From an uncultured delta proteobacterium (GTDB taxonomy: Bacteria; Myxococcota_A; Polyangia; Polyangiales; B10-G4), in assembly GCA_963727445.1 (NCBI GenBank), contig CAVSGI010000010.1, forward strand, positions 480,001-544,000: DNA of 64,000 nt. The letters are read 5' to 3'. The first letter of the stretch is position 1. Each line of letters begins with the position of its first letter. The notes under the pieces are model-generated. The model made no database searches. It was given only the letters and a program-made list of their open reading frames with translations, and had not been told where the DNA came from. Positions 52,820 to 61,939 of the stretch are shown piece after piece. A program made the translations under genes and the position numbers.

Positions 52820-54313
52820 ATGGCCAAGAAGGTTCCGTCTGCCCGTCCCTTTGCCCGTCCCAGTGAAGCGAGTGAGGCGCTGTGCGCCCACATTCGAAAG
52901 AACCGCTTCATCGGCGGCGACCTCGCCCACTACCTGAAGCGCGTCGCCCAGGCCTCCGCCTTCGCCGCGATGGTGAGCGCGTGCGGCATGAGTCACTCGG
53001 GCGGCCCCGACGCGGGCGGAGACTCGGGGTTGCCAGACACCGGTCGGGCCGACACCAGCTTCCCCGACGGCGACGTGCCCGACGGCATGCTCGTCGACAG
53101 CGGCCGGCCCGACACCATGCCGCCCCCACCGCCCGACACCGAGCTCTGCGGCGCCGATGGCGTCTACCGCATCGTCCACGGCCTGAACCCGACCGCCGAT
53201 CCCACCTGGCTCGGCGCCATGTGGGGAGGCGACTTCCGCGGGCCGGCCTACATCGACGACGAGATCGGGACCCGCTGTGGAGACGCGCGCGACGCTGCGA
53301 CGTGCACCGCCGAGGTCGACCGCGTCGTGATGGAGACCTATCAGCGTGGGTTGATCACGACCAACGGCGACGCCATCGACACGTACCTGACGTCCGAGGA
53401 CGTACAGGGTTTCCTCGGTGACATCGACAGCGCGAAAGAAGCGGCCTTGCTCGTCTGGCACGCCGGCTACGACATCCAATGCAGCGGCGATTTCCTCTCC
53501 TCGGTGACGCCGACTCCGGACGGCTATCGCGTCATCGCCTATCGTTCGTCGGGAGGGTGCGGCGCGCCCTGGGTCACCACACGCTACACGCTCCACGTCT
53601 CCGGCGGCACCATCACCGTCGAGGATCAGGCCGTCGTCGCCGAGACCGATGACTTCGGTTGCATCGGTCGCCGCCCCGTCGGCCTCGAAGCCGACGCGAG
53701 CCCCTCCTGTGACGCGGGCCCCGTCGGTGATTTCTTCGCCAACGTGGCCCGGCTCGAGGAGAGCGCGGTCTGGGCCTTCGACGTGATGATCGAAGAGCTC
53801 GAGCGTCTCGAGGCGCCGCCATCGCTTCTCGTCGCTGCGCGTGAAGCGCGCGCGGACGAGGTTCGCCACACGCGCTCGATGGGCGCGCTCGCCGCGCGTT
53901 TCGGCGCCGCTGCCCGCCGCCCGACCGTCGAAGCGGCGCCCGAGCGCAGCCTCTTCGAGATCGCGCTCGACAACGCGGTGGAAGGATGCGTGCGCGAGAC
54001 CTTCGGCGCGCTGGTCGGTGCGCACCAGGCGCTCAGCGCCCGCGATGCGGAGATCGGCGCCGTGATGCGCGAGGTGGCCGAGGACGAGATCCGCCACGCC
54101 GAGCTCTCCTGGGCGCTCGCGGGCTGGCTCGAGCCGCAGCTCACCGACGAGGAGCGGAGCCGGATCGAGGAGGCGAAGCGCGACGCGGTGATGATGTTGC
54201 GGGCGCAGGCGAGCGAAGAGGTCGCGCCCGAGCTCGTCGCCCTGGCGGGCCTGCCCGATGCCGAGACCGCGGTGCGCATGGTCGAGCAGCTCGCCCGCGA
54301 CGTCTGGGCCTAG
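52820..54313 (+). CDS. Myxobacterial ferritin-like di-iron domain protein, probably a lipoprotein
   Basis: VSAC lipobox-like; LEESAV..F, DEVRH, NAVEGCVRE, DEIRHAELSW ligand pattern; start uncertain. Confidence 0.82.
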   Translation: MAKKVPSARPFARPSEASEALCAHIRKNRFIGGDLAHYLKRVAQASAFAAMVSACGMSHSGGPDAGGDSGLPDTGRADTSFPDGDVPDGMLVDSGRPDTMPPPPPDTELCGADGVYRIVHGLNPTADPTWLGAMWGGDFRGPAYIDDEIGTRCGDARDAATCTAEVDRVVMETYQRGLITTNGDAIDTYLTSEDVQGFLGDIDSAKEAALLVWHAGYDIQCSGDFLSSVTPTPDGYRVIAYRSSGGCGAPWVTTRYTLHVSGGTITVEDQAVVAETDDFGCIGRRPVGLEADASPSCDAGPVGDFFANVARLEESAVWAFDVMIEELERLEAPPSLLVAAREARADEVRHTRSMGALAARFGAAARRPTVEAAPERSLFEIALDNAVEGCVRETFGALVGAHQALSARDAEIGAVMREVAEDEIRHAELSWALAGWLEPQLTDEERSRIEEAKRDAVMMLRAQASEEVAPELVALAGLPDAETAVRMVEQLARDVWA

Positions 54314-54385
54314 CCATAGCGAGCCCCTCCGCCCAGCCGCTTCGAGCGATTTGGGCGAAAGGGGATGGTTTGCTATCTTGGTCTG

Positions 54386-55102
54386 GTGATCAGTCGTTCT
54401 GTCGTGCTCGCCCTCCTCGTCCTCTTGGCTGCGTGTGGAGGTGAGGAGGCGCCGACGTCCTTCACGCTGACCTTCGAGAACATCTCCTCGCCCGGTCAGC
54501 TGAGCACGAGCGACGGCGGCAGTGTCGACGTCGTCTTCGCGGCGGGGGTCTGGGCGGAGCTCGACCCGGGCGTGCTCTTCACCACCGGCGATGCGGCCTC
54601 GACGGAGCTCGAAGAGATCGCCGAGGATGGCGAGAACCTCCCCCTGCTGGTCGAGGTCGAGGATTGGCCGAACCAGGTCACGTCCGGGACGCTCGCCGAC
54701 GTCGATGTCTCGACCTACACGGAGAGCCCGCTCGCGCCGGGTGTGACAGTCGAAGTCCAGATCGACGCCGTCCCCGGTGACGACGTCTCTTTCGTCTCCA
54801 TGTTCATCCAGTCGAACGATGCCTTCGTCGGGCCGAGAGGCGGCTCGCTCCAGCTCTTCGACGACATGGGCCAGCCGCTCACCGGCGACCGCACCGCCGA
54901 CCTGGCGCTCTTCGACGCCGGCACCGAGATGAACGAGGAGCCAGGGCTCGGACCGAACCAGCCGCTCCGCCAGGCCGCGCACGGCGACGGGATGGTGGAG
55001 GGCGGCGTGGTCACCATCATCGATGGGATGGACGCCGCCGGCTACACCTACCCGGCCATCGCGGACGTGTTCCGCCTGAGTGTCAGCGTCGCGGGCGAAT
55101 AG
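54386..55102 (+). CDS. Spondin_N-domain lipoprotein
   Basis: Lipobox LLAAC; GDAAS..LE.IAEDG, SMFIQSNDAF, LFDAGTE.NEEPG. Confidence 0.85.
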   Translation: MISRSVVLALLVLLAACGGEEAPTSFTLTFENISSPGQLSTSDGGSVDVVFAAGVWAELDPGVLFTTGDAASTELEEIAEDGENLPLLVEVEDWPNQVTSGTLADVDVSTYTESPLAPGVTVEVQIDAVPGDDVSFVSMFIQSNDAFVGPRGGSLQLFDDMGQPLTGDRTADLALFDAGTEMNEEPGLGPNQPLRQAAHGDGMVEGGVVTIIDGMDAAGYTYPAIADVFRLSVSVAGE

Positions 55103-55123
55103 CAGCCGCGGCGCAGAGGACGC

Positions 55124-57394
55124 TCACATGCAGGTCGGGTTCGCCGCGCCGGGCGAGCCCAGATCGCCGTCGTAGTCCATCGTCGCCCAGCACCAGTTGA
55201 CGCCGTCGTCGTTGGCGGTGTGCGTGAGGGCGCTCGGATCGAGCGAGAGCGACGCGCCGAAAGCGCGCGGGAAGCTGGTGTAGTCGACCACGTCGATGGT
55301 GGTGCCGCCGCAGCTGATGGTCAGGATGTCGCCCGCGTTGTCGAGCGCGTTCGAGATCGTGCCGTCGGGGGTGAAGCCGGGGCTGGCGCTCGCGGCGAAG
55401 GTCACGTAGCCGCCCGCCGCCACGCTCACCCCGTCGAGGGGGCTCGAGCCGCTGTCGTCGGTCAGGGTGCAACCGGTCAGATCGAGGGCGCGCGTCGTCG
55501 GGTTGTAGATCTCGATCCACTCGCCCACGCTGTCGTCGAGCGCCTCGGGGTTGGCCATGATCTCGCTGAGGATCACGTCCCCCGCCGCCGCGGGGGTGGT
55601 CGAGACGGGGGCATCGAAGTTGTTCCGGAGGAAGCGGATCACGTTGGCGAGGGTCTGGTCGTCGAAGGTCTCGCCCCAGGCCGGCATGGGCGAGCGCCCA
55701 CCGATCACCGTGATGGCGATGCTGAGGTCGTCACGCATGGGGACGCGCTCGTAGAGATTGGGCGCGATGGCGCTGCCTCGGCCTTCCACGCCGTGGCAGC
55801 GGGTGCAGTTGTCGGCGAAGATGGCCGCGCCCGCCGTCGGATCGCCCGTCAGGCCGAGCACGCGCCGCGCGCGCGCGGGGACTCCATCACGGTCGACGAA
55901 GTCGAAGTGGTCGACCTCGCTGCGGATGACCTGGGACAAATCGTCGACGCGGTTGAAGGCCCAGGAGTAGTCCGAGGGAAATACCTGGCGGATCTGACGG
56001 CGTCCGGTGTCCGGGAACTGAGCCTCGTCGCCGATCACGGCCTCGAGGTCGAAGGGATCGAGCGCTCCGTCGCCGTCGAGATCCTTGAACACCTCGGAGC
56101 CGGCGTGCTGATGGCAGCCGATGCAGTTGCTTCGCGCGTTGCCGCGGCCGTGCTCGATGTAGGGGTTCGAGCACCAGCTCGGACCTCCGGCTGCCGCACG
56201 AAGCGCCGCCGCCAGCGTCGGCTGGCCCTCGAAGGCCTGACCCGGGTCGGTGTCGCCCTCCTCGTAGTCGGCGACGATGCACATCTTGTAGTTCGAGAAG
56301 ACCGGATCGAGGCGCTCGCGGATGAAGTCGGGGCGGTCGGCGCCGTAGTCGGTGTCGGGTTGGTCACTCCACCACATCGTCACCCACGTCCAGTGACGGA
56401 GCTCCTTGGTCATGATGTGCACACCGGCGAGGCGGAAGGTGTTCCCGTTGCGCAGGCGAATCGTGTAGATGTCCTCCGGCGGCGGGTCGCTCATGCGCTC
56501 GCCCATGCCCCAGTCGGCGGCGTTCTCCGGGCTCAGGTGGCGGGCGATGGTGTCCGCGCCGGTGTCGAAGGTCGGCACCTGCATGCCGAAGTCCGCGCGG
56601 ACCCACTGCGCCTTGATCAGCGCCGCATCCGCCGGGAACTCCTGCTCGAAGCAGAAGGTGAAGTTGTCGGGCGAGGGCTCCGCGTCGAGGCTCAGCGTCT
56701 CGAGCTGGTCCATGCACTCGAGGATGCGCGGATAGCTCCGGAGCAGGTGCATGATGGTCGCCGGGCTGTACGTGATGCGCACGTTGCCGAAGCTCGCGCC
56801 GCTGAAGTTGGACTGGAGCATGCGCGCGCAGGCGTCGCCCTCGACGCCCTCGGGGCAGACGCCCAGGCGGTTCACGTAGTCGATGAAGCGCTCGAGGGGC
56901 CAACGGCTCGAGCGCTCGATGGCGGCGGCGTTCCACTCGAAGATCTCGGCGAGGGCCGCGTCGTCGAAGGGCGCGCGGGCGGCGCGTCCCTCCTCGCCGA
57001 GGCTCTCGTAGAGGTACTGGAACATGCGCTTGAAGTCGTCGACGCCGTACCAGGTCTGGAAGCGCGGCACCTGCGGCACCTCGCCATCGGGCAGGGTCAC
57101 GGTCTCGCCCTCCAGCCCCGCGAGGCCGAGGAGCGGGACCGGGTCGAGGCTGCGTCCGACGATCTCCCAGGCGATCTGGCGCCGGAACGCCATCTCGCTC
57201 TGGATCCGCGCCTCCTGATCGCGCATGCCGAAGTCGGCCTCGTAGGGCGCAGCGACGCCGGCGAGGGCGCGTCCGAAGACGTCCTCCTTGCCGCCTTCCC
57301 CCACGGGGAAGTCGTGCGGCGACGACGGCCCCGCCGAGGAGCCGCCGTCAGTGCACGCGATCAGCGTGACCAGGAGTAGTGCCGGTAGGCGCAT
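55124..57394 (-). CDS. Di-haem cytochrome c lipoprotein with C-terminal lamin-tail domain
   Basis: Lipobox LIAC; SNCIGCH; class I-like DPTAGAAIF..NCTRCH...MPAW; lamin-tail VILSEIMANP...GEWIEIYN...GSPGAAN. Confidence 0.82.
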   Translation of the reverse strand: MRLPALLLVTLIACTDGGSSAGPSSPHDFPVGEGGKEDVFGRALAGVAAPYEADFGMRDQEARIQSEMAFRRQIAWEIVGRSLDPVPLLGLAGLEGETVTLPDGEVPQVPRFQTWYGVDDFKRMFQYLYESLGEEGRAARAPFDDAALAEIFEWNAAAIERSSRWPLERFIDYVNRLGVCPEGVEGDACARMLQSNFSGASFGNVRITYSPATIMHLLRSYPRILECMDQLETLSLDAEPSPDNFTFCFEQEFPADAALIKAQWVRADFGMQVPTFDTGADTIARHLSPENAADWGMGERMSDPPPEDIYTIRLRNGNTFRLAGVHIMTKELRHWTWVTMWWSDQPDTDYGADRPDFIRERLDPVFSNYKMCIVADYEEGDTDPGQAFEGQPTLAAALRAAAGGPSWCSNPYIEHGRGNARSNCIGCHQHAGSEVFKDLDGDGALDPFDLEAVIGDEAQFPDTGRRQIRQVFPSDYSWAFNRVDDLSQVIRSEVDHFDFVDRDGVPARARRVLGLTGDPTAGAAIFADNCTRCHGVEGRGSAIAPNLYERVPMRDDLSIAITVIGGRSPMPAWGETFDDQTLANVIRFLRNNFDAPVSTTPAAAGDVILSEIMANPEALDDSVGEWIEIYNPTTRALDLTGCTLTDDSGSSPLDGVSVAAGGYVTFAASASPGFTPDGTISNALDNAGDILTISCGGTTIDVVDYTSFPRAFGASLSLDPSALTHTANDDGVNWCWATMDYDGDLGSPGAANPTCM

Positions 57395-57404
57395 ACTCTC
57401 GGTC

Positions 57405-60400
57405 TCAGGGGGTCGGCGTCTCGGTGCGCATCACGATCGCCGCGTCGGACGCCATGATGTGCTCGGTGTCGCCGTCGTGGACGAGGAAGTAGAACCAGCC
57501 GTCCGAGCGGAAGTGCGGGTAGAGCGCCTTGTTGCCGCCCATGTTGGTGATCTGCCGCACCTCGCCGGTGAGCATGTCCGTGAGGTAGATGTTGGCGCCG
57601 CCGTCCTCGTAGTGGTGGGTCACGAAGAAGCGCTCGTCGAAGCTGATGTTCGGCTTGGCGCCCGGGATGCAGACGCGGGCCAGCTGGGTGTTGATGTTGA
57701 CGTTGTAGTTGTCGCCGGTGCGGCTGGTGTCGACGCGGCGGATGCTGTAGCCGAGGCTCGCACCCTCCGGGCCGCTGATGCGGCTGACGACCAGCTGGGT
57801 CGACGGCGAGAGCACCGAGTCACCCTCGTAGGGGGAGTCCACGATGACCGCCGGCAGCTGCTGGTAGGTCGAGCCGGTGAAGACCATCGGGCTGAACTTC
57901 ATCGTCGAGCTCGCGTCGAAGTTGGCGCTCGGGTCGTTGTTGCTGCTGCCCGAGTCCGAGGTGAACTGGCTGTTGATGATGAAGTAGTCACCACCCGACA
58001 GGCCACGTGCGACGTGCTGGTAGAGGTTGATGTCCCGGGCCGTCATGCACTCGGGCTCCGAGAAGTCGATGTTGGTGTCGGTCTCGAGGATCGACTGCTG
58101 GCAGATGTGTGCGCCGCTGCCCTGGAAGACCCAGCCCGTGTTGTCCGGGAAGAAGCCCGGGTCGTAGCTGGCGTGGACACCGATGTCGATGCCGCGCTGC
58201 AGGTCGGTGATGGTGGCGCCGGAGTTGCCGCCGCCGTTGCCCACGAAGCGCCCGTCAGCCGAGGAGCGGGTCCAGAAGCTGGTGCGGAAGCCGAGGGTCG
58301 TCAGCAGCCGGAGGCTGCCGGTACCGTTGCCCCAGGTGCTCGCGCGGTCCTCGTTGGTGGCGAAGCACTCGGCGGGGTCGGCGCTCGCGCAGCCGAACAT
58401 CCGGATGCCGCTGTCGCGGTTGGTGGCGTCCCAGCCGTCGAACTTCATGGTGCTGATGTGGGTCGCCAGCTCCGGCGCGATCATGTTCTCGCAGGAGTCG
58501 GGCGGGGGCGGGCTCTGAATGACGGTGTCGAGGTCGTTCAGGCCAGCCTGGAACCACTTCACGATGGTGGCGTACTCGATCTGGTTGAGCCGCGGGTGGC
58601 TGCCCTTCGGCATCTGCACGCGAGCGCGGAAGCGGAGGTACTCCGGCAGCCACGAGTCGCCGAAGGCCTGGCGGAAGAGCTCGCGGAAGTAGCCGTACTG
58701 CACGCCCGTGGTGTTGATGCCGAGCTTCTCGGCAGCGAAGACGCTGTTCGGGTCGGAGGAATCGACGCGCATGCAGTCGACGGTGCGCATCGCCTCTTCC
58801 TGGGTCAGGGTCTGAGGGTCGCGGTCGAGGCCGCAGACGTTCCAGGCCTGGTTGGTGAGCTCGAGCCAATGACGAAGACCAGCGCGGCCGACCGCGTGGC
58901 ACTCCGCGCAGCGGCGGGTCTGGCAGGAGCCGCCCTCACCGGTGCAGTTCTCGTCGCTGGGGTCGACGACGTTGGCCCCGAAGACCTTCGCGCCGGCCAT
59001 GGCCAGGTCCACACCCTCGAGGTCGATGGTCGGGGGCTCGCCCACGTCGACCAGCTGCGCCTGGGGCAGCTCGCCGAACTCGCAGCCCGCGGTGCTCGGG
59101 TTACGCGCACACTCGCGGATGTGGTCGAGGGAGCGGCCGTACTCGGACTGAGCGTAGTTGTCGGCCGAGAGGCCCTCGAGGTCCGGCGGCATCCAGTAGG
59201 CGTGCTCGAACTCGTGGTAGGCCTCGGTGGTGATGCTCACCCAGCTCGAGTCGCGGCCGTCGATGCGGTCGAGCCACGAGTTGGTCCAGCGGTCGTCGCT
59301 GATCCGGTGACACTTGCGGCAGGCCGCAGCGCCCTGGCTCTCGATGGTGCGGGGCATCGTCCAGCCCTGACCCTGCGCGTTCACGAGGGAGTAGGGGGCG
59401 TCGAGGAAGCCCAGGGCGAAGTCGTCGTCGATGCCCATCTTCGGAACGACGGGGTCGCCGTTCGCGTCGAGGGCGCCGTCGATCCACGGCGAGTGGATGA
59501 ACGCATCGTAGCTGTGGCACTCGGCGCACTCGATGCCGCTGCCGATGCCGCCCTCGATGCCGCGCCAGAGGCTGGCGAACTCCTGGGGCGACTCCTCGGA
59601 CTCGACGTGGTCCGCGGGGTGCGGGACGTGGGTGCCGTCGGTCTGGCTGTAGAGGGCGTTCTGGAAGAAGCAGGTGCGGCCCGTGTAGGGGTTCGAGCCG
59701 ATCATCGCGATGTCGTTGTACTCGCCCTCTTCACTCTTCGCCTTGCGGCAGAGGAGCACCCAGTGGGTGCCCTGCTCGTTGCTGCCGCTGGTGACCCGGG
59801 GCCCGTTGGTGCGACCGCTGACGGCGTTGGGCTCACAGAGCGAGTAGATGTACTGCGGCTGGTCGCAGACGCTCTGCTGTTCCTCGGGGAAGGTGACCTC
59901 GTCCGCCATGGTGACGGTGGTGGGGATGGGCGTGGAGTCGAGGCAGTTGTAGGTCGTGTAGTCCCCGTCGGCGATCTTCTCGAAGAAGGGGATCTCGCCG
60001 AGCTCGGCGATGCAGGCCTCCGCGTACGCGGAACCGGAGACGATGCGCTCCTCGTCCTCGCCGTCGAACTTGCCGTTCGAGCCGAGCTCGTCGAGGGCCT
60101 CGCGGATGTCCATCGAGTCCTGCAGGACCACCTCGGCGCCGTTCATCAGGCAGACGTCGACGATCCAGTTCGACGCCATGGCCGCCGCGATCATCTCCGG
60201 CGTGGGCTCGGTGCCGTCCAGCCACGAGTTGTCATAGGGGTTGTCGAAGACGGTGGGGTCGACCACCGGCCCCGCGAAGGTCGGGCCGAGATCGAAGGGC
60301 CAGGAGATCTCGTTCCCGTCGATCCGCTCGATGCTTCCCGAATCCGCTGCGCAGTTCAGCTCCCCGATCTCGCCCTGACGGACGCGCAGGTGCAGCGTCT

Positions 60401-60560
60401 CGCCACTGACCAGGTCTCTGGTCACCGACGCGTTCAGACGAGTGGCGGCCTCGTCGTAGCTCAGCTGCACTCGGAGGCGGCCCCCGTCGCTTCCACACCC
60501 ACCCAAGAGCAGGAAAATCAACGGGCTGATGGCCAACGCGGCCTTTGCGAAACGGTTCAT
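57405..60560 (-). CDS. Large tri-haem cytochrome c lipoprotein with C-terminal beta-propeller-like region
   Basis: Lipobox LGGC; CAECH, CRKCH, CAECH; TolB-like blades (SADGRFV, PGFFPDN, LSPSTQ, ISFDERF, PHFRSDG). Confidence 0.82.
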   Translation of the reverse strand: MNRFAKAALAISPLIFLLLGGCGSDGGRLRVQLSYDEAATRLNASVTRDLVSGETLHLRVRQGEIGELNCAADSGSIERIDGNEISWPFDLGPTFAGPVVDPTVFDNPYDNSWLDGTEPTPEMIAAAMASNWIVDVCLMNGAEVVLQDSMDIREALDELGSNGKFDGEDEERIVSGSAYAEACIAELGEIPFFEKIADGDYTTYNCLDSTPIPTTVTMADEVTFPEEQQSVCDQPQYIYSLCEPNAVSGRTNGPRVTSGSNEQGTHWVLLCRKAKSEEGEYNDIAMIGSNPYTGRTCFFQNALYSQTDGTHVPHPADHVESEESPQEFASLWRGIEGGIGSGIECAECHSYDAFIHSPWIDGALDANGDPVVPKMGIDDDFALGFLDAPYSLVNAQGQGWTMPRTIESQGAAACRKCHRISDDRWTNSWLDRIDGRDSSWVSITTEAYHEFEHAYWMPPDLEGLSADNYAQSEYGRSLDHIRECARNPSTAGCEFGELPQAQLVDVGEPPTIDLEGVDLAMAGAKVFGANVVDPSDENCTGEGGSCQTRRCAECHAVGRAGLRHWLELTNQAWNVCGLDRDPQTLTQEEAMRTVDCMRVDSSDPNSVFAAEKLGINTTGVQYGYFRELFRQAFGDSWLPEYLRFRARVQMPKGSHPRLNQIEYATIVKWFQAGLNDLDTVIQSPPPPDSCENMIAPELATHISTMKFDGWDATNRDSGIRMFGCASADPAECFATNEDRASTWGNGTGSLRLLTTLGFRTSFWTRSSADGRFVGNGGGNSGATITDLQRGIDIGVHASYDPGFFPDNTGWVFQGSGAHICQQSILETDTNIDFSEPECMTARDINLYQHVARGLSGGDYFIINSQFTSDSGSSNNDPSANFDASSTMKFSPMVFTGSTYQQLPAVIVDSPYEGDSVLSPSTQLVVSRISGPEGASLGYSIRRVDTSRTGDNYNVNINTQLARVCIPGAKPNISFDERFFVTHHYEDGGANIYLTDMLTGEVRQITNMGGNKALYPHFRSDGWFYFLVHDGDTEHIMASDAAIVMRTETPTP

Positions 60561-60606
60561 CTCGGCTCCCTCAAACGAAATCTAACTGCCTGACTGCTCA
60601 CTACGG

Positions 60607-60622
60607 AGCACGATGCATGCCA
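60607..60622 (-). promoter_or_regulatory. Candidate sigma-54 promoter of the cytochrome pair
   Basis: Minus strand TGGCATGCATCGTGCT (GG-N10-GC), 47 bp upstream of the ATG at 60560; GAGGGAG RBS. Confidence 0.55.
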
Positions 60623-60955
60623 CTAGATCCGACTGGATCTTTCGGCCTGCATCACCTCCCGATGCATCTCCGCACTGCTCTCGACACCCTTGGTCGGAGG
60701 CGCCAGCCACTCACCGGCGAGGGTACAGAACGCCCCCCAGAGATGCCACCGATCGACGGGATCGAGCACGAAACCTTCGTCGTTTTGTAGGACAAGAGCG
60801 CACAAGGTGAGGTGGGCGATCCTGTCGCGTTCGCGCAAGCGTCGCATTGTGCAAATCTCGTGCAATTCGCAGGCGGTGTGGGGTCATCGGTACCCCCTGT
60901 GAGATGTCTCTGTGGCTTCTCCGCCTGCCAGCGGATCTGCACCAGCCACCACACC

Positions 60956-61897
60956 TCAGACACAGAGGTTGTAGTCGATGCTGCCCACCGCGATGGGGTC
61001 GGTGAGGCCGGTGCAGGTGGTGCCCGTCGGGCAATCACCCGCGAAGCCTTCCCGGCACCACTTGTTGCAGACGGCTCCGCCGCAGATGTAGCCCGGGGCG
61101 CACTGGTCGTGGTCCGTGCAGGCCGTTCCCTGGATCCCGGTGCCGGCCGGCCCCCAGCAGGAGGTGAAGCCGCGCCTGAGACCGCTGTCCTCTTGATAGA
61201 CCCGACACATCGCCCCGCTGGGGCAGCCGGTCTGGGCGATGGGATCGCAGGTGCCGGTACAGAGCGTCGTGATGCCGTCTTCGAAGCCGAGGACGCAGAG
61301 GTTGGTGGTGCCGGCGCAGTCGGCGTCGGTCTCACAGGTCTTGAGGCAGGCGGCGACCCCGACGCCGGCGCAGACCAGGCTGGGCGCGCAATCGTTGAGG
61401 GCGCTGCAGGCGGAGCCCTCGACCGCGGTGCCCGCCGCCATGCAGGCGCGGCTGGTGCCACCGTTCGGGTAGCAGGCCTGCCCGGCGCTACATCCGCACT
61501 GCGGGGCGAGGAGACGGCAGGGGCTCTCGTCACACGCCATCCCCGTGCAGCCCACCCCGAGCTCACAGCTCATTCCCATTTCGCAGAGTCCGTCGTTGGG
61601 GACGTTGCGACAGGTGCCCGCCTCACAGAGGTCGTCGGTGCAGCCGATGCCGTCGTTGCAGTCCGCGGGCCCGGCGCAGCCGGTAGGAACCGAGGTGTCC
61701 GGCGGCGGCGTGCTCGTATCCGGCGTGCTCGTATCCGGCGCAGTGCCATCCGGAACGCTCGCGTCTTCCATGCTCCCGTCCTCCATCGGGGACACGCCCG
61801 TGTCCGGCAGAGGATTCCGACCGCCGCGCGAGCGGTTGTTACAGGCGACGAGAAGCAACGCAGCACAAGCCACGACGAAGAGGGTTCGGTACGACAT
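60956..61897 (-). CDS. Cys-rich lipoprotein
   Basis: Lipobox LLVAC; DTS/DAS linker; CDPIAQTGC and C..H.QCAPG..C repeats. Confidence 0.82.
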   Translation of the reverse strand: MSYRTLFVVACAALLLVACNNRSRGGRNPLPDTGVSPMEDGSMEDASVPDGTAPDTSTPDTSTPPPDTSVPTGCAGPADCNDGIGCTDDLCEAGTCRNVPNDGLCEMGMSCELGVGCTGMACDESPCRLLAPQCGCSAGQACYPNGGTSRACMAAGTAVEGSACSALNDCAPSLVCAGVGVAACLKTCETDADCAGTTNLCVLGFEDGITTLCTGTCDPIAQTGCPSGAMCRVYQEDSGLRRGFTSCWGPAGTGIQGTACTDHDQCAPGYICGGAVCNKWCREGFAGDCPTGTTCTGLTDPIAVGSIDYNLCV

Positions 61898-61939
61898 GTC
61901 GCCTGGTACGTGGCGGAGGGCGGAATCCTCCCTCGGCGC

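Noticed and set aside
57288..60593. Long alternative ORFs (also 35178-38366, 42473-45541, 55220-57379, 52739-54982)
   Set aside because: Antisense or off-frame shadows of well-supported genes, common at high GC, with no domain motifs.
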